Part shown: in pieces, positions 26,267 to 34,968 of the stretch | How the letters are laid out: the number at the start of each line of letters is the position of its first letter | Position numbering within the stretch: position 1 is the stretch's first letter | Origin: an uncultured Solirubrobacteraceae bacterium | GTDB taxonomy: Bacteria; Actinomycetota; Thermoleophilia; Solirubrobacterales; Solirubrobacteraceae | Direction of reading: 5' to 3' | NCBI GenBank assembly: GCA_963753235.1 | Contig: CAVWBJ010000001.1 | Span: 499,917 to 563,916, forward strand | Length of the DNA stretch: 64,000 nt | Position numbers and translations under genes: made by a program | The notes under the pieces: generated by a model | Databases searched by the model: none | Told to the model about the DNA's origin: nothing | Seen by the model: only the letters and a program-made list of their open reading frames with translations

Positions 26267-27136
26267 ATGCCCGGGCCCCTGCTGGCGATCGACGGACCCT
26301 TCGTCCTCTACCGCTCCTTCTTCGCGCTGCCGGATTCGATCACGGATGCCGACGGGCACCCGGTCAACGCGCTGCTGGGCGCCGTCAACCTGATCCTGCG
26401 GATCGCCGCCGACGTTGAGCCGCGGGCCATCGTCGTCTGCTTCGGCGCCGAGGCGGCGGCCTACCGGACCGAGCTGTATCCGCCGTATCACGCCCATCGC
26501 CCCGAGGTTCCGGACGCGCTCGACTGGCAGTTTGAGCGGGCGCCGGAGCTGTTCGCCGCCTTCGGCTGGACGGCGGCCTCATCGGACGACCTGGAGGCCG
26601 ACGACCTGCTGGGAGCTCTGGCCCAGGCCGAGGCGGCGGCCGGCGGCCGGGCGCTGATCATGACCGGCGACCGCGACATGTACCAGTGCGCCGGCGAGCG
26701 GGTCAGCGTCGTGTACCTCAAGCAGCGCTCGGCCGGCTTTGAGGAGGTTGACCCCGCCGAGGTGCGCCGGCGCTACGGCGTCGACCCGGAGCAGGTGCCG
26801 GATTTCATCGCCCTGCGGGGCGACCCGTCCGACGGGCTGCCCGGGGCGCCCGGCATCGGTCCCAAGACCGCCACCGAGCTGCTCCAGCGCCACGGCTCCC
26901 TGGAGGCGGCCATCGCCGCCGCCGACGGGGAGCGCCCGCGGGTCGGGGCCGCGCTGCGCGACCACGCCGAGCAGCTCCGCGCCTTCCGGGAGATCGCCAC
27001 TCTGCGCCTGCCCCGGATGGCTCCGCCCGACGACGCCGCCACCAACCTTCAGGGGGGTGCCGAGGCCGCCCGGGCGTTCGGCATGAACCGGCTCGCCGAC
27101 CGGCTGGCCGGCGCCGCCTCGCTCGCCGACCTCTGA
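26267..27136 (+). CDS. 5'-3' exonuclease (FEN/Pol I N-terminal domain family)
   Basis: LLAIDGPFVLYRSFFA, EADDLLGALA, TGDRDMYQ, and the H3TH segment GDPSDGLPGAPGIGPKTATELL are present. Confidence 0.85.
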   Translation: MPGPLLAIDGPFVLYRSFFALPDSITDADGHPVNALLGAVNLILRIAADVEPRAIVVCFGAEAAAYRTELYPPYHAHRPEVPDALDWQFERAPELFAAFGWTAASSDDLEADDLLGALAQAEAAAGGRALIMTGDRDMYQCAGERVSVVYLKQRSAGFEEVDPAEVRRRYGVDPEQVPDFIALRGDPSDGLPGAPGIGPKTATELLQRHGSLEAAIAAADGERPRVGAALRDHAEQLRAFREIATLRLPRMAPPDDAATNLQGGAEAARAFGMNRLADRLAGAASLADL

Positions 27137-27188
27137 CGCCGGCGACAATCCTGCCCGCCCGGGGCGGCTTTGTCGCCGACGTGGCCGG

Positions 27189-28274
27189 TCAGGGCGTGAA
27201 CTTGACCGTGATCACGTCCCCGTCGGTGACGACGTAATCCCGGCCCTCCAGGCGCAGGGTGCCCCGCTCCCGGGCGCCGGCGTACCCGCCGGCGTCGACG
27301 AGCTCGCTCCAGCTCACCACCTCGGCCCGGACGAAGCCACGCTGGATGTCAGAGTGGATCAGCCCGGCGGCATGCCAGACCGACAGGCCCTGGCGCAGGT
27401 GCCAGGACTGCGCCGGCTTGTCCTCCCCGGCGGTGAAGAAGGCGACCAGGTTCAGCAGGGAGAATGCTCCGTGAACGACACGTTGCAGCCCGGACTCGGC
27501 CAGGCCCAGGTCGGCCCGCATGGCGGCCGCGTCCTCGTCGGAGAGCTCGCCCAGCTCCGCCTCCAGGCGGGCCGACACGGCCACCGCCTCGGCGCCCACG
27601 GCAGCGGCATGGCTGGCGATGGCGGCCGGAACCTCGTCGGCGCCCTCCTCCACGTTGGCCACGAACAGGACCGGCTTGGCGGTCAGCGGCGACAGCAGGG
27701 CCATGGCGTCAAGCGCGTCGGCGGGCGGCGGCACCGTGCGTGCCGGCCGGCCCGCCGACAGCGCCTCGATCACCGCTCGCAGCCACTCGGCCTCGGCCAC
27801 CGCATGCCGGTCGCCCCCGCGGGCCTGCCGGACCACCCGCTCCAGCCGGCGCTCGGCCTGCTCCAGGTCGGCGTAGATGAGCTCGGTTTCAATCGTCTCG
27901 ATGTCGCTCACCGGGTCCACCCGGCCCTCCGGATGCACGACGCTCTCGTCGGTGTGGGCGCGGACGACGTGGACGATGGCGTCGGTCTCCCGAATGTTGG
28001 CCAGGAACTGGTTGCCGAGTCCCTCGCCCCGGTGGGCGCCCGCCACCAGCCCGGCGATGTCATGAAAGGCGATCGTGTCCGGCACCACCTTGGAGGCCCG
28101 CAGGGTGGCCGCCAGGGCGTCCAGGCGCTCGTCGGCCACCGGCACGATCGCCACGTTGGGCTCAATCGTGGTGAACGGATAGTTGGCCGCCTCGGCGGCG
28201 ACTCCGGTGAGCGCGGTGAACAGCGACGACTTGCCCGCGTTGGGCATCCCCACAATGCCGACCTTCATCGGCAT
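27189..28274 (-). CDS. ychF: Redox-regulated ATPase YchF
   Basis: [19 protein letters not shown] (P-loop), FTTIEPN, DIAGLV, a coiled-coil insert and a TGS-like C-terminus are present. The 1043-aa track ORF is an artefactual N-terminal extension, trimmed to ATG 28274. Confidence 0.92.
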   Translation of the reverse strand: MPMKVGIVGMPNAGKSSLFTALTGVAAEAANYPFTTIEPNVAIVPVADERLDALAATLRASKVVPDTIAFHDIAGLVAGAHRGEGLGNQFLANIRETDAIVHVVRAHTDESVVHPEGRVDPVSDIETIETELIYADLEQAERRLERVVRQARGGDRHAVAEAEWLRAVIEALSAGRPARTVPPPADALDAMALLSPLTAKPVLFVANVEEGADEVPAAIASHAAAVGAEAVAVSARLEAELGELSDEDAAAMRADLGLAESGLQRVVHGAFSLLNLVAFFTAGEDKPAQSWHLRQGLSVWHAAGLIHSDIQRGFVRAEVVSWSELVDAGGYAGARERGTLRLEGRDYVVTDGDVITVKFTP

Positions 28275-28302
28275 CAGCGATCGCTCCCAGCCCCGGTCGG
28301 CA

Positions 28303-28803
28303 TCAGGCCGGTCCGCCGGCGAGGGTGGCCACCGCGATGCCGAGCACCGCCCCGGCCACCACGTCGCTGGGGTAGTGAACCCCCAGGTACGGGCGGCTGA
28401 CCGCAAACGCTCCCGCGGCCGGGTACAGCGCCGCCGCCGGAGCCAGGCGGCTGTAGGCCCGAGCGGCGGCAAACGAGGTGGTGGCGTGAGCGCTGGGGAA
28501 CGACAGCCGGGAAACGACCGGCGACAGCGCCGGCAGGCCGTCCAGCTCAGGACGCCGGCGGCGGACCGCCACCTTGACCGCGTAGTTGGCCAGGTAGGCG
28601 CCGGCCACCACACCGGCGCCGCGCAGCCAGCGCGGCCGCCGCTCCGGCTCCAGCACCGCCCCCAGGGCGCCCAGCGCCAGCCAGCAGGCGGCATGCTCGC
28701 CGAGGCGCGAGTAGCCGGCGACCAGACGCTCGCGGCCGGGGCCGTGCCCGCGCGTGCGGGCGAGCCTGAGCAGCTGCCGATCAAGCGAGAGGGGGCTGGG
28801 CAC
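28303..28803 (-). CDS. PAP2-family membrane phosphatase
   Basis: The three PAP2 motifs are present: KVAVRRRRP, PSAH and SRPYLGVHYPSDV. Confidence 0.8.
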   Translation of the reverse strand: MPSPLSLDRQLLRLARTRGHGPGRERLVAGYSRLGEHAACWLALGALGAVLEPERRPRWLRGAGVVAGAYLANYAVKVAVRRRRPELDGLPALSPVVSRLSFPSAHATTSFAAARAYSRLAPAAALYPAAGAFAVSRPYLGVHYPSDVVAGAVLGIAVATLAGGPA

Positions 28804-28847
28804 GGCTGGTGGACTCTAGCCACCGGTAACCCTCTACCCTGCGCGGG

Positions 28848-30266
28848 ATGCTCCGGTCGCTCGGTCTGGGCACACGGATCGCGCTGGTGGTGGGAACCGG
28901 GGCGCTGCTCGTCGCCCTCGGGGTGACCCTGCTGCTGGTCAACACCGTCGGACTGCGCGGTAGCGCGCGGGCGACGAGCCGTGCCGATGCCTACCTGCTG
29001 GCGGTGATCAACGACGAGCGTCTGGTGGTTGACGCCGAGACCGGGCTGCGCGGGTATGTCATCACCGGCCGTCCGCCGTTCCTCCAGCCGACCCGGCGGG
29101 CCCAGGCGGCGTTCCCCCAGGCGCAGGCCGACCTCCGCCGTGCGGCCCGGGCCGACGGCGAATTCGCGTCCCAGGCGCAGGCGCTGGAGCAGGCCGCCAG
29201 GGCCTACATGACCGGCTATGTCCCCGGCGTGGCTGATCTGCACGGCAGCGCGTTGGCCGCCGCCCGGGCCTTCCCCACCACCCTGCAGGGCAAGCAACTG
29301 GTCGACGAGGTGCGCGCCCGGACCCAGCGCCTGGAGCGCCTTGTCTCCGCCCGTCAGCACGCCCGCCAACAGTCGGCGAGCCGGTCCGCCGGCTTCTCCA
29401 TCACCGAGGCGATCGTGGTGCTGGTCCTGGTGACGCTCCTGACGGTCGTGCTGGGCACGCTGCTGGGGCGGCTGGTGGTGGCCCGGGAGCGGGCCCGGGT
29501 CCAGAGCGAGCAGACGGCGAGCGCGCTGCGGCTCAGCCTCCTGCCGGGGGCGCTGCCGGCGGTGCCGCGGTGTGACGTGGCGGCGCGGTTTCTGCCCGCC
29601 ACCGCCGGCGAGGTGGTGGGCGGCGACTTCTACGACGTGTTCGCTGTCGGCGACGGCCACTGGGCGGTGGTGGTCGGCGACGTCTGCGGCAAAGGGCCCC
29701 GGGCGGCCGCCCTCACCGCCATGGCGCGCTGGACCCTGCGCAGCCTGGCCGGGACGCCCATCTCGCCGGCGGAGGCGCTGCGCTTCCTCAACCGGTCGAT
29801 GCTCAACCTGGAGCTCGATGGCCGCTTCATCACCGTCGCCTACCTGCTCATCACACTCACCGAGCACGGGGCCCGCGCCCAGCTGGCCTGCGCTGGGCAC
29901 CCCCCGGGCATCCTGGTGCCGGCCACCGGCGAGCCGGTGCCGCTGCCCGCCCACGGCGCGCTCCTCGGCGTGTGGCCGGACATTGCGGTGCATGCCCATC
30001 AGGTCGACCTGGCGCCGGGCGACAGCATCGTCCTCTACACCGACGGGGTGAGCGACCCCGGGCCGGGACCGCAGCAGCTGCCCCTGCAGGCGCTGCGCGG
30101 ACAACCGCCGGGGGCCGACGCCGATGCGCTGGCCGGGGCGCTGGAGCGCTACGCGCGCCGGGGCGCGGCGGACCAGCGTGATGACATCGCCATCATCGCC
30201 TTCCGTCTGTGCCCGGCTGCCTCCGGAGATCGGCCGCCGGTCACGGCCGCGCCCGCCATTGTCTGA
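28848..30266 (+). CDS. CHASE3 sensor domain - PP2C/SpoIIE-type serine phosphatase
   Basis: It has an N-terminal TM helix, a CHASE3-like region (AETGLRGYVITGRPPFLQP), a second TM helix, then GGDFYDV, VVVGDVCGKG, ACAGHPP and LYTDGV. Confidence 0.8.
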   Translation: MLRSLGLGTRIALVVGTGALLVALGVTLLLVNTVGLRGSARATSRADAYLLAVINDERLVVDAETGLRGYVITGRPPFLQPTRRAQAAFPQAQADLRRAARADGEFASQAQALEQAARAYMTGYVPGVADLHGSALAAARAFPTTLQGKQLVDEVRARTQRLERLVSARQHARQQSASRSAGFSITEAIVVLVLVTLLTVVLGTLLGRLVVARERARVQSEQTASALRLSLLPGALPAVPRCDVAARFLPATAGEVVGGDFYDVFAVGDGHWAVVVGDVCGKGPRAAALTAMARWTLRSLAGTPISPAEALRFLNRSMLNLELDGRFITVAYLLITLTEHGARAQLACAGHPPGILVPATGEPVPLPAHGALLGVWPDIAVHAHQVDLAPGDSIVLYTDGVSDPGPGPQQLPLQALRGQPPGADADALAGALERYARRGAADQRDDIAIIAFRLCPAASGDRPPVTAAPAIV

Positions 30267-30358
30267 TCGCCGGGGCGGCGCGGCGTATGCAATGATCCGC
30301 GCGCCCAAGGGGCACCGCAAGCCCCGTGCGTTGCGTCGACCGCCCCGGATACCCGCCC

Positions 30359-30787
30359 ATGGATGAGGTAGACAGGAAGATCATTGCGCTGTTGCGCGAG
30401 GATGCCCGCCGGTCCTTTCAGGACATCGGGCTTCACGTTCACCTGTCCGCACCCGCGGTCAAGCGCCGGCTGGACCGTCTGGAGCGGGAGGGGATCGTGC
30501 TCGGCTACACGGCGATCGTCGACCCGCAGGCGTTCGGCTGGCGAGCCGAGGCGTTCGTCGATCTCTACTGCGACGGCAACATGCCCGGCTCAGCCATCAA
30601 GCAGGCCGTGGAGCGCGAGCCGGGTGTGGTCTCGGCCCACACGGTGGCCGGGGAGGCCAGTGCGCTGCTCCACGTGCGGGCCGAGGACACCAAGGACCTG
30701 GAGTTGGCGCTGGAACGAATCCGGGCCACCGAAGGGGTGACCCGGACCGTGACCGAGGTGGTCCTCTCCACGCTGTTCCAGCGCTAG
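30359..30787 (+). CDS. Lrp/AsnC-family transcriptional regulator
   Basis: MDEVDRKIIALLREDARRSFQDIGLHVHLSAPAVKRRLDRLEREGIV is followed by a RAM-domain C-terminus. Confidence 0.88.
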   Translation: MDEVDRKIIALLREDARRSFQDIGLHVHLSAPAVKRRLDRLEREGIVLGYTAIVDPQAFGWRAEAFVDLYCDGNMPGSAIKQAVEREPGVVSAHTVAGEASALLHVRAEDTKDLELALERIRATEGVTRTVTEVVLSTLFQR

Positions 30788-30804
30788 CTGACGAGCCCCC
30801 GGGC

Positions 30805-31815
30805 TTAGACCGGGGCCGCGGGTGCCGCGGGTGGGAAGTGCTCCTCGGCCTGAGGGGAGGGTGCCGCCAGCGAGCGGTAGTGCTCCCGCCAGATCAGCCG
30901 GTACAGCGGGATCCACTTGGGGATCCGGTTGATGACCGGCAGGAACGGAATGAGAACGAACAGCAGGCTCATGACGGTCATCACCGACATGACCAGGACG
31001 TCGGCGTTGGCCGAGGTGGAGAACGGCTTGATCTGGTACCAGAAGGTGTACAGCCACAGCCACACCTGGCCCGGATAGCTGCCGGTCTCGTTCATCATCC
31101 CCCACTGCTCGCCGAGCAGATGCTCGCTCTGGGCCCGGTTGTCCAGAACACTCCCGTCGGCCATGAGCATGAGCGGCTTGGTGAAATCGGTCTGGTAGAA
31201 CTGCTTGTTGGTGAGCAGGGTCCCATCCAGCCCGCCTCCCTGGGCGAAGCTGACCAGTCCGTTCATCATCACCGGGACCGGGCCGTAGTTGCCGGGGGGC
31301 ACCACCACCGACCCGCCCGGGCCCACCTTGGCCTTGGCCAACGCGTTGGTGTAGTTGGTCGTCCAGGCGGTCTGCACCTTGGCCGGCGCTGCGGTGTAGA
31401 GGGCCAGGGCGGCCTTGACCGCGGGCTGGCCGGTGATCGACCCCAGCGGCGCCAGCACAAAGTCCTGGGGCGCGTTGATGGGGTGGCTGACGCCCAGCCA
31501 CTTCTGCAGGCGGATGAACGCCATGTGCTGGCCGTCGGAGTTGTGGTTGTAGGGCGGGCCGTAGGTGGCCGTCCCGCTGCTGCCGTTCAGCTCGCCCACG
31601 GCAGTGGTCACAAAGTCGATCGGATCGGTCCGGGACCACTGCTTGACGGTGCTGGAGCGCTCGTCCGGGGACGAGAACAGGATGGCCAGCACCACCGACA
31701 GCAGCAGCACGACGCCGAGGGCGATCGAGGCCTCCTTGACCAGATCGTAGGGCCGGTAGCCGCCCTTCCACACCCGGGCGGCCTCGTTCTCACGTTGGCG
31801 CTCGGCGCGGCTCAT
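30805..31815 (-). CDS. Membrane protein of unknown function, overlap-coupled to the cytochrome b6-like gene
   Basis: 336 aa: an N-terminal TM helix, a ~200-aa hydrophilic (probably extracytoplasmic) domain, then 2-3 C-terminal TM helices (VWLWLYTFWYQI..., VLVMSVMTVMSLLFVLIPFLPVI). It has no Cys, so no CxxCH. Its ATG overlaps the cytochrome b stop (ATGA). Confidence 0.5.
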   Translation of the reverse strand: MSRAERQRENEAARVWKGGYRPYDLVKEASIALGVVLLLSVVLAILFSSPDERSSTVKQWSRTDPIDFVTTAVGELNGSSGTATYGPPYNHNSDGQHMAFIRLQKWLGVSHPINAPQDFVLAPLGSITGQPAVKAALALYTAAPAKVQTAWTTNYTNALAKAKVGPGGSVVVPPGNYGPVPVMMNGLVSFAQGGGLDGTLLTNKQFYQTDFTKPLMLMADGSVLDNRAQSEHLLGEQWGMMNETGSYPGQVWLWLYTFWYQIKPFSTSANADVLVMSVMTVMSLLFVLIPFLPVINRIPKWIPLYRLIWREHYRSLAAPSPQAEEHFPPAAPAAPV

Positions 31816-32471
31816 GACGTCACCTCGCGGTCCAGCTCGCCGTTGCGGGCCGCCTTGAGCCGGTCCTCCAGCTCATAGGGCGGCACCACCCCGTGCTTGC
31901 GCACCAGCAGCACGTGGGCGATAACCAGGCCCACCACGGCGGCCGGCAGCAGGAAGATGTGGTACGAGTACATCTGGCCGAAGTTCAGGAGGTTGAAGAA
32001 CGCGCCGATGCCGATGGAGTTCATGGCGTCCTTGGCCTGGGTGGAGATCCACTGCGCGTCGAAGTTCTGCTGCGAAACGTAGCCGGTCAGCGCGCACGGC
32101 ACGGCCACCAGGAAGGTGATCGCCCCGGTGATCCACACCCGGGCGCGGCCGCCGCGCCAGGCGGCCATCCAGTACTTGCCCCACAGATGGACGACCATGA
32201 AGAAGAAGAACAGCTCCACGCTCCACAGGTGCATGCTGTTGAAGAAGTGGCCGATGCCGCTCACGTGCCACCAGGTGGGGCCCTTGAGCGTCAGGATGGT
32301 GCCGGTGAGGATGATCGTCGCCAGTGAGGCGATCGACAGCACGCCGAACACGTAGATCCAGGACGCGACGTAGGTGGGCTGCCCGTCGGGCAGCAGCTTC
32401 TCCGGCGGCAGGGCGGCCACGGCGCGCCGCCGCAGCCGGACAGTCCAGGAGCGCTCCGCCGAGGTGCTCAT
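31812..32471 (-). CDS. Cytochrome b6-like protein (cytochrome b N-terminal four-helix domain only)
   Basis: 219 aa. Helix B reads H-x13-H (SMHLWSVELFFFFMVVH) and helix D reads H-x14-H (SYHIFLLPAAVVGLVIAH), the b6/Firmicute-type bis-haem ligand spacing. The N-terminus PPEKLLPDGQPTYVASWIYVFG is typical of cytochrome b. Confidence 0.85.
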   Translation of the reverse strand: MSTSAERSWTVRLRRRAVAALPPEKLLPDGQPTYVASWIYVFGVLSIASLATIILTGTILTLKGPTWWHVSGIGHFFNSMHLWSVELFFFFMVVHLWGKYWMAAWRGGRARVWITGAITFLVAVPCALTGYVSQQNFDAQWISTQAKDAMNSIGIGAFFNLLNFGQMYSYHIFLLPAAVVGLVIAHVLLVRKHGVVPPYELEDRLKAARNGELDREVTS

Positions 32472-32632
32472 GAGCGGTCACTCCCCTGGTGGTGGCCGGG
32501 GAATGGAATCAGGATGGCCGCCGCAAACACCAGCACCATCACCAGGATCACCAACAGGTTGGAGACCGACAGCTGGATGAAATGCCAGTGGATGTAGCTG
32601 GCGTGATTATTGAGATTGAGGATCGCAGCCAT
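32468..32632 (-). CDS. Unlisted 54-codon single-TM ORF overlapping the cytochrome b start (ATGA)
   Basis: Hand translation gives MAAILNLNNHASYIHWHFIQLSVSNLLVILVMVLVFAAAILIPFPGHHQGSDRS. By my count about 43 of 53 codons end in G/C despite AT-rich amino acids. It is below the 60-aa cut-off of the track and has only a weak SD. Confidence 0.4.
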   Translation of the reverse strand: MAAILNLNNHASYIHWHFIQLSVSNLLVILVMVLVFAAAILIPFPGHHQGSDRS

Positions 32633-32715
32633 GACTCGGCAGGCTACGTTTGCCCCGCCGCCCGGCCATCCGGGGCGGATGCTCAGCCCGGCTGCGTAGA
32701 ACTACTGAACCCGCG

Positions 32716-32937
32716 TCAGCCGCCGAAGCCCACGCGGTGGGCCTCGGTGTCCACCAGGACATAGACGATGGTGTCCAGCTGGAGGGCGACCGCGCCGTCC
32801 TCGGCGGTGAGGTCATGCCAGCCGCCCCCTGGGAGGGCGTCACGCAGACGCTTGAGCTCGGAGGGCGCCACCCGGGCGCTGAGCACCGGGCCCCCCTGGA
32901 AGCCGATGCTGACCTTCTGAGGTTTGTCGTTGTCCAT
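32716..32937 (-). CDS. Small conserved-looking hypothetical protein (73 aa)
   Basis: Its ATG lies 2 nt after the epimerase stop. It is hydrophilic with good GC3. I cannot assign a family. Confidence 0.5.
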   Translation of the reverse strand: MDNDKPQKVSIGFQGGPVLSARVAPSELKRLRDALPGGGWHDLTAEDGAVALQLDTIVYVLVDTEAHRVGFGG

Positions 32938-32939
32938 CG

Positions 32940-33350
32940 TCAGTGTTCCTCCGCTGGCTGCACGATCTCGGTTAGCACTCCGCCGGTGGTGGCGGGGTGA
33001 AGGAAGGCCACGCGTGAGCCGCGGATCCCGGTGCGCGGCCGCTCGTCGATGAGCCGCATCCCGGCGGCGGCGCAGGCGTCCAGCGTCTCCTGGACCGAGG
33101 TCACGCGGTAGGCGACGTGGTGCAGGCCCGGACCCCGGCGGCTGAGGAACTTGCCCACCGCCGTCTCCGAACCGAGCGGCTGCAGGAGCTCGATATGCCC
33201 GTCGCCGATGTCGAGCAGGGCGGCGTCGACCCCCTGTTCCGTGACCGTCTCGCGGTGGACGAGCGGCATACCGAGCTGGTCTCGGTACAGCTCCAGGGCC
33301 GCGTCGATGCTCTCGACGGCAACGCCGACGTGGTCGATCGCGGACAGCAT
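32940..33350 (-). CDS. mce: Methylmalonyl-CoA epimerase (VOC/glyoxalase fold)
   Basis: IDHVGVAV, GHIELLQPLG, GPGLHHVAY and VAFLHP...GVLTEIV form the typical epimerase pattern. Confidence 0.88.
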   Translation of the reverse strand: MLSAIDHVGVAVESIDAALELYRDQLGMPLVHRETVTEQGVDAALLDIGDGHIELLQPLGSETAVGKFLSRRGPGLHHVAYRVTSVQETLDACAAAGMRLIDERPRTGIRGSRVAFLHPATTGGVLTEIVQPAEEH

Positions 33351-33371
33351 GGCGCCGCCGAGGATATCGAG

Positions 33372-34919
33372 CTACTGCCCGGGGGCCGTTCCCGGGCGGG
33401 CGGGGGTGACCGCGGTGGCGGCGGCGACGCCCAGGTGGCGGGTGCCACGGCGCTCAGGGGCGGCATGGGGGATGCCGCTCATGATGGTCTCGATGTCCTT
33501 GCGCTCCAGGACCTCGTGGGAGAGCAGGGTGGTGGCCAGCTCGTCCAGCTGGGGCCGATGATCGGACAGGATGGCCCGGGCGGCCCGGGCGGCCTGGTCG
33601 GCGAGTTCCCGGACCTCCTCGTCGCGGACGCGCCGGGTCGTCTCCGACATCGCCTCGGGCACGACCCGCAGCGACGTGATCCCGTTGCCCATGGCGAACT
33701 CGTGGACCATGGCGTAGGCGATGTCACCGACCCGCTTGAGGTCATCGCTGGCGCCGGTGGTGATGGAACCGAACACCAGCTCCTCGGCGCAGCGGCCGCC
33801 CAGCAGCATGGTCATGAGGTCGATGAGCTCCTCACGCGTCTTGAGATGGCGATCCTCGTCTGGCAGGTTGAGGGTGTAGCCGAGGGCGACGCCGCGGGGG
33901 ACGATGGAGATCCGATGCACGGGGTCCACCGAGGGCAGCAGCTCGCCGCACAGGGCGTGGCCGGCCTCGTGGTAGGCGACCACCCGTCGTTCATGATCCG
34001 ACAGGGTCCGGCGGGTGGGCACGCCGGCCATGACCCGTTCCAGGGCCGCGTCGAAATCCGACATCTCGATCGTCTGCGATTCCCGGCGGCCGGCGAAGAT
34101 CGCGGCCTCGTTGCACAGGTTGGCCAGCTCCGCGCCGGTCAGCCCCGAGGTCTGGCGCGCGAGCAGCTCAAAGTCGATCTCCTCCGACAGCGGCTTGTTA
34201 CGCGAGTGGACCTGGAGGATCCGCTGGCGGCCGACCACGTCCGGCGGCGAGACGAACACGTGCCGGTCAAACCGCCCCGGGCGCAGCAGGGCGGTGTCCA
34301 GCTTCTCCAGCAGGTTGGTGGAGCCGAGCACCACCACGTCGCCCTGGGCGCTGAACCCGTCCATCTCCACCAGGAGCTGGTTGAGGGTCTGGTCGTACTC
34401 CCGGTTGGCCGCGCCCCCCTGGCGGGCGGTGCCGATGGCATCGAGCTCGTCGATGAAGATGATCGCCGGGGCGTGCTTGCGGGCCTCCTTGAACAGCCGC
34501 CGGATCCGGGCCGAGCCCAGGCCGGCGAACATCTCCACAAACGAGGAGGCCGACTGGGAGAAGAAGGTGGCGCCTGACTCATGGGCGACGGCCTTGGCCA
34601 GCAGGGTCTTACCGGTCCCGGGGGGGCCGTGGAGGAGGATGCCGCTGGGCAGGTGGGCCCCCAGCTGGCGAAACTGCCGGGAGTTGCGCAGGTACTCGAC
34701 GATCTCGCGCAGCTCGGCCTTGGCCTCGTCGACGCCGGCGATGTCGTCCCAGGCGATCGGCGGGGTCTGCTGGGGGCGGATCTCAGCTGGGCGGGTGCGC
34801 GGGATGAGGCGCATCGTCATGCCGATGAGCACGACGATGGCCGCCATGAAGATCAGCGGCAGCCAATCGTGAAGCCAGGTGACGAAGTCCGGGTCGCCGA
34901 GGAACGCAGAGGGCAGCAT
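33372..34919 (-). CDS. FtsH-family AAA+ zinc metalloprotease, short form with a single N-terminal TM helix
   Basis: Walker A GPPGTGKT, Walker B IIFIDELD, the SRH region and the HEAGHAL zinc site are present. Only one hydrophobic helix (LPLIFMAAIVVLIGMTM) lies about 50 aa ahead of the Walker A motif, leaving no room for a periplasmic domain. Confidence 0.85.
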   Translation of the reverse strand: MLPSAFLGDPDFVTWLHDWLPLIFMAAIVVLIGMTMRLIPRTRPAEIRPQQTPPIAWDDIAGVDEAKAELREIVEYLRNSRQFRQLGAHLPSGILLHGPPGTGKTLLAKAVAHESGATFFSQSASSFVEMFAGLGSARIRRLFKEARKHAPAIIFIDELDAIGTARQGGAANREYDQTLNQLLVEMDGFSAQGDVVVLGSTNLLEKLDTALLRPGRFDRHVFVSPPDVVGRQRILQVHSRNKPLSEEIDFELLARQTSGLTGAELANLCNEAAIFAGRRESQTIEMSDFDAALERVMAGVPTRRTLSDHERRVVAYHEAGHALCGELLPSVDPVHRISIVPRGVALGYTLNLPDEDRHLKTREELIDLMTMLLGGRCAEELVFGSITTGASDDLKRVGDIAYAMVHEFAMGNGITSLRVVPEAMSETTRRVRDEEVRELADQAARAARAILSDHRPQLDELATTLLSHEVLERKDIETIMSGIPHAAPERRGTRHLGVAAATAVTPARPGTAPGQ

Positions 34920-34968
34920 CAACTCACTGCGTGTATCGGCCGCCGGCGGCGATTGCTGAAGGGGGCGT

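Noticed and set aside
28275-30320. N-terminal ~680 aa of the 1043-aa ORF that ends as YchF.
   Set aside because: The YchF homology begins exactly at [16 protein letters not shown] (ATG 28274). The upstream part is low-complexity. It overlaps the PAP2 gene (same strand, other frame) and is antisense to the CHASE3-PP2C gene.
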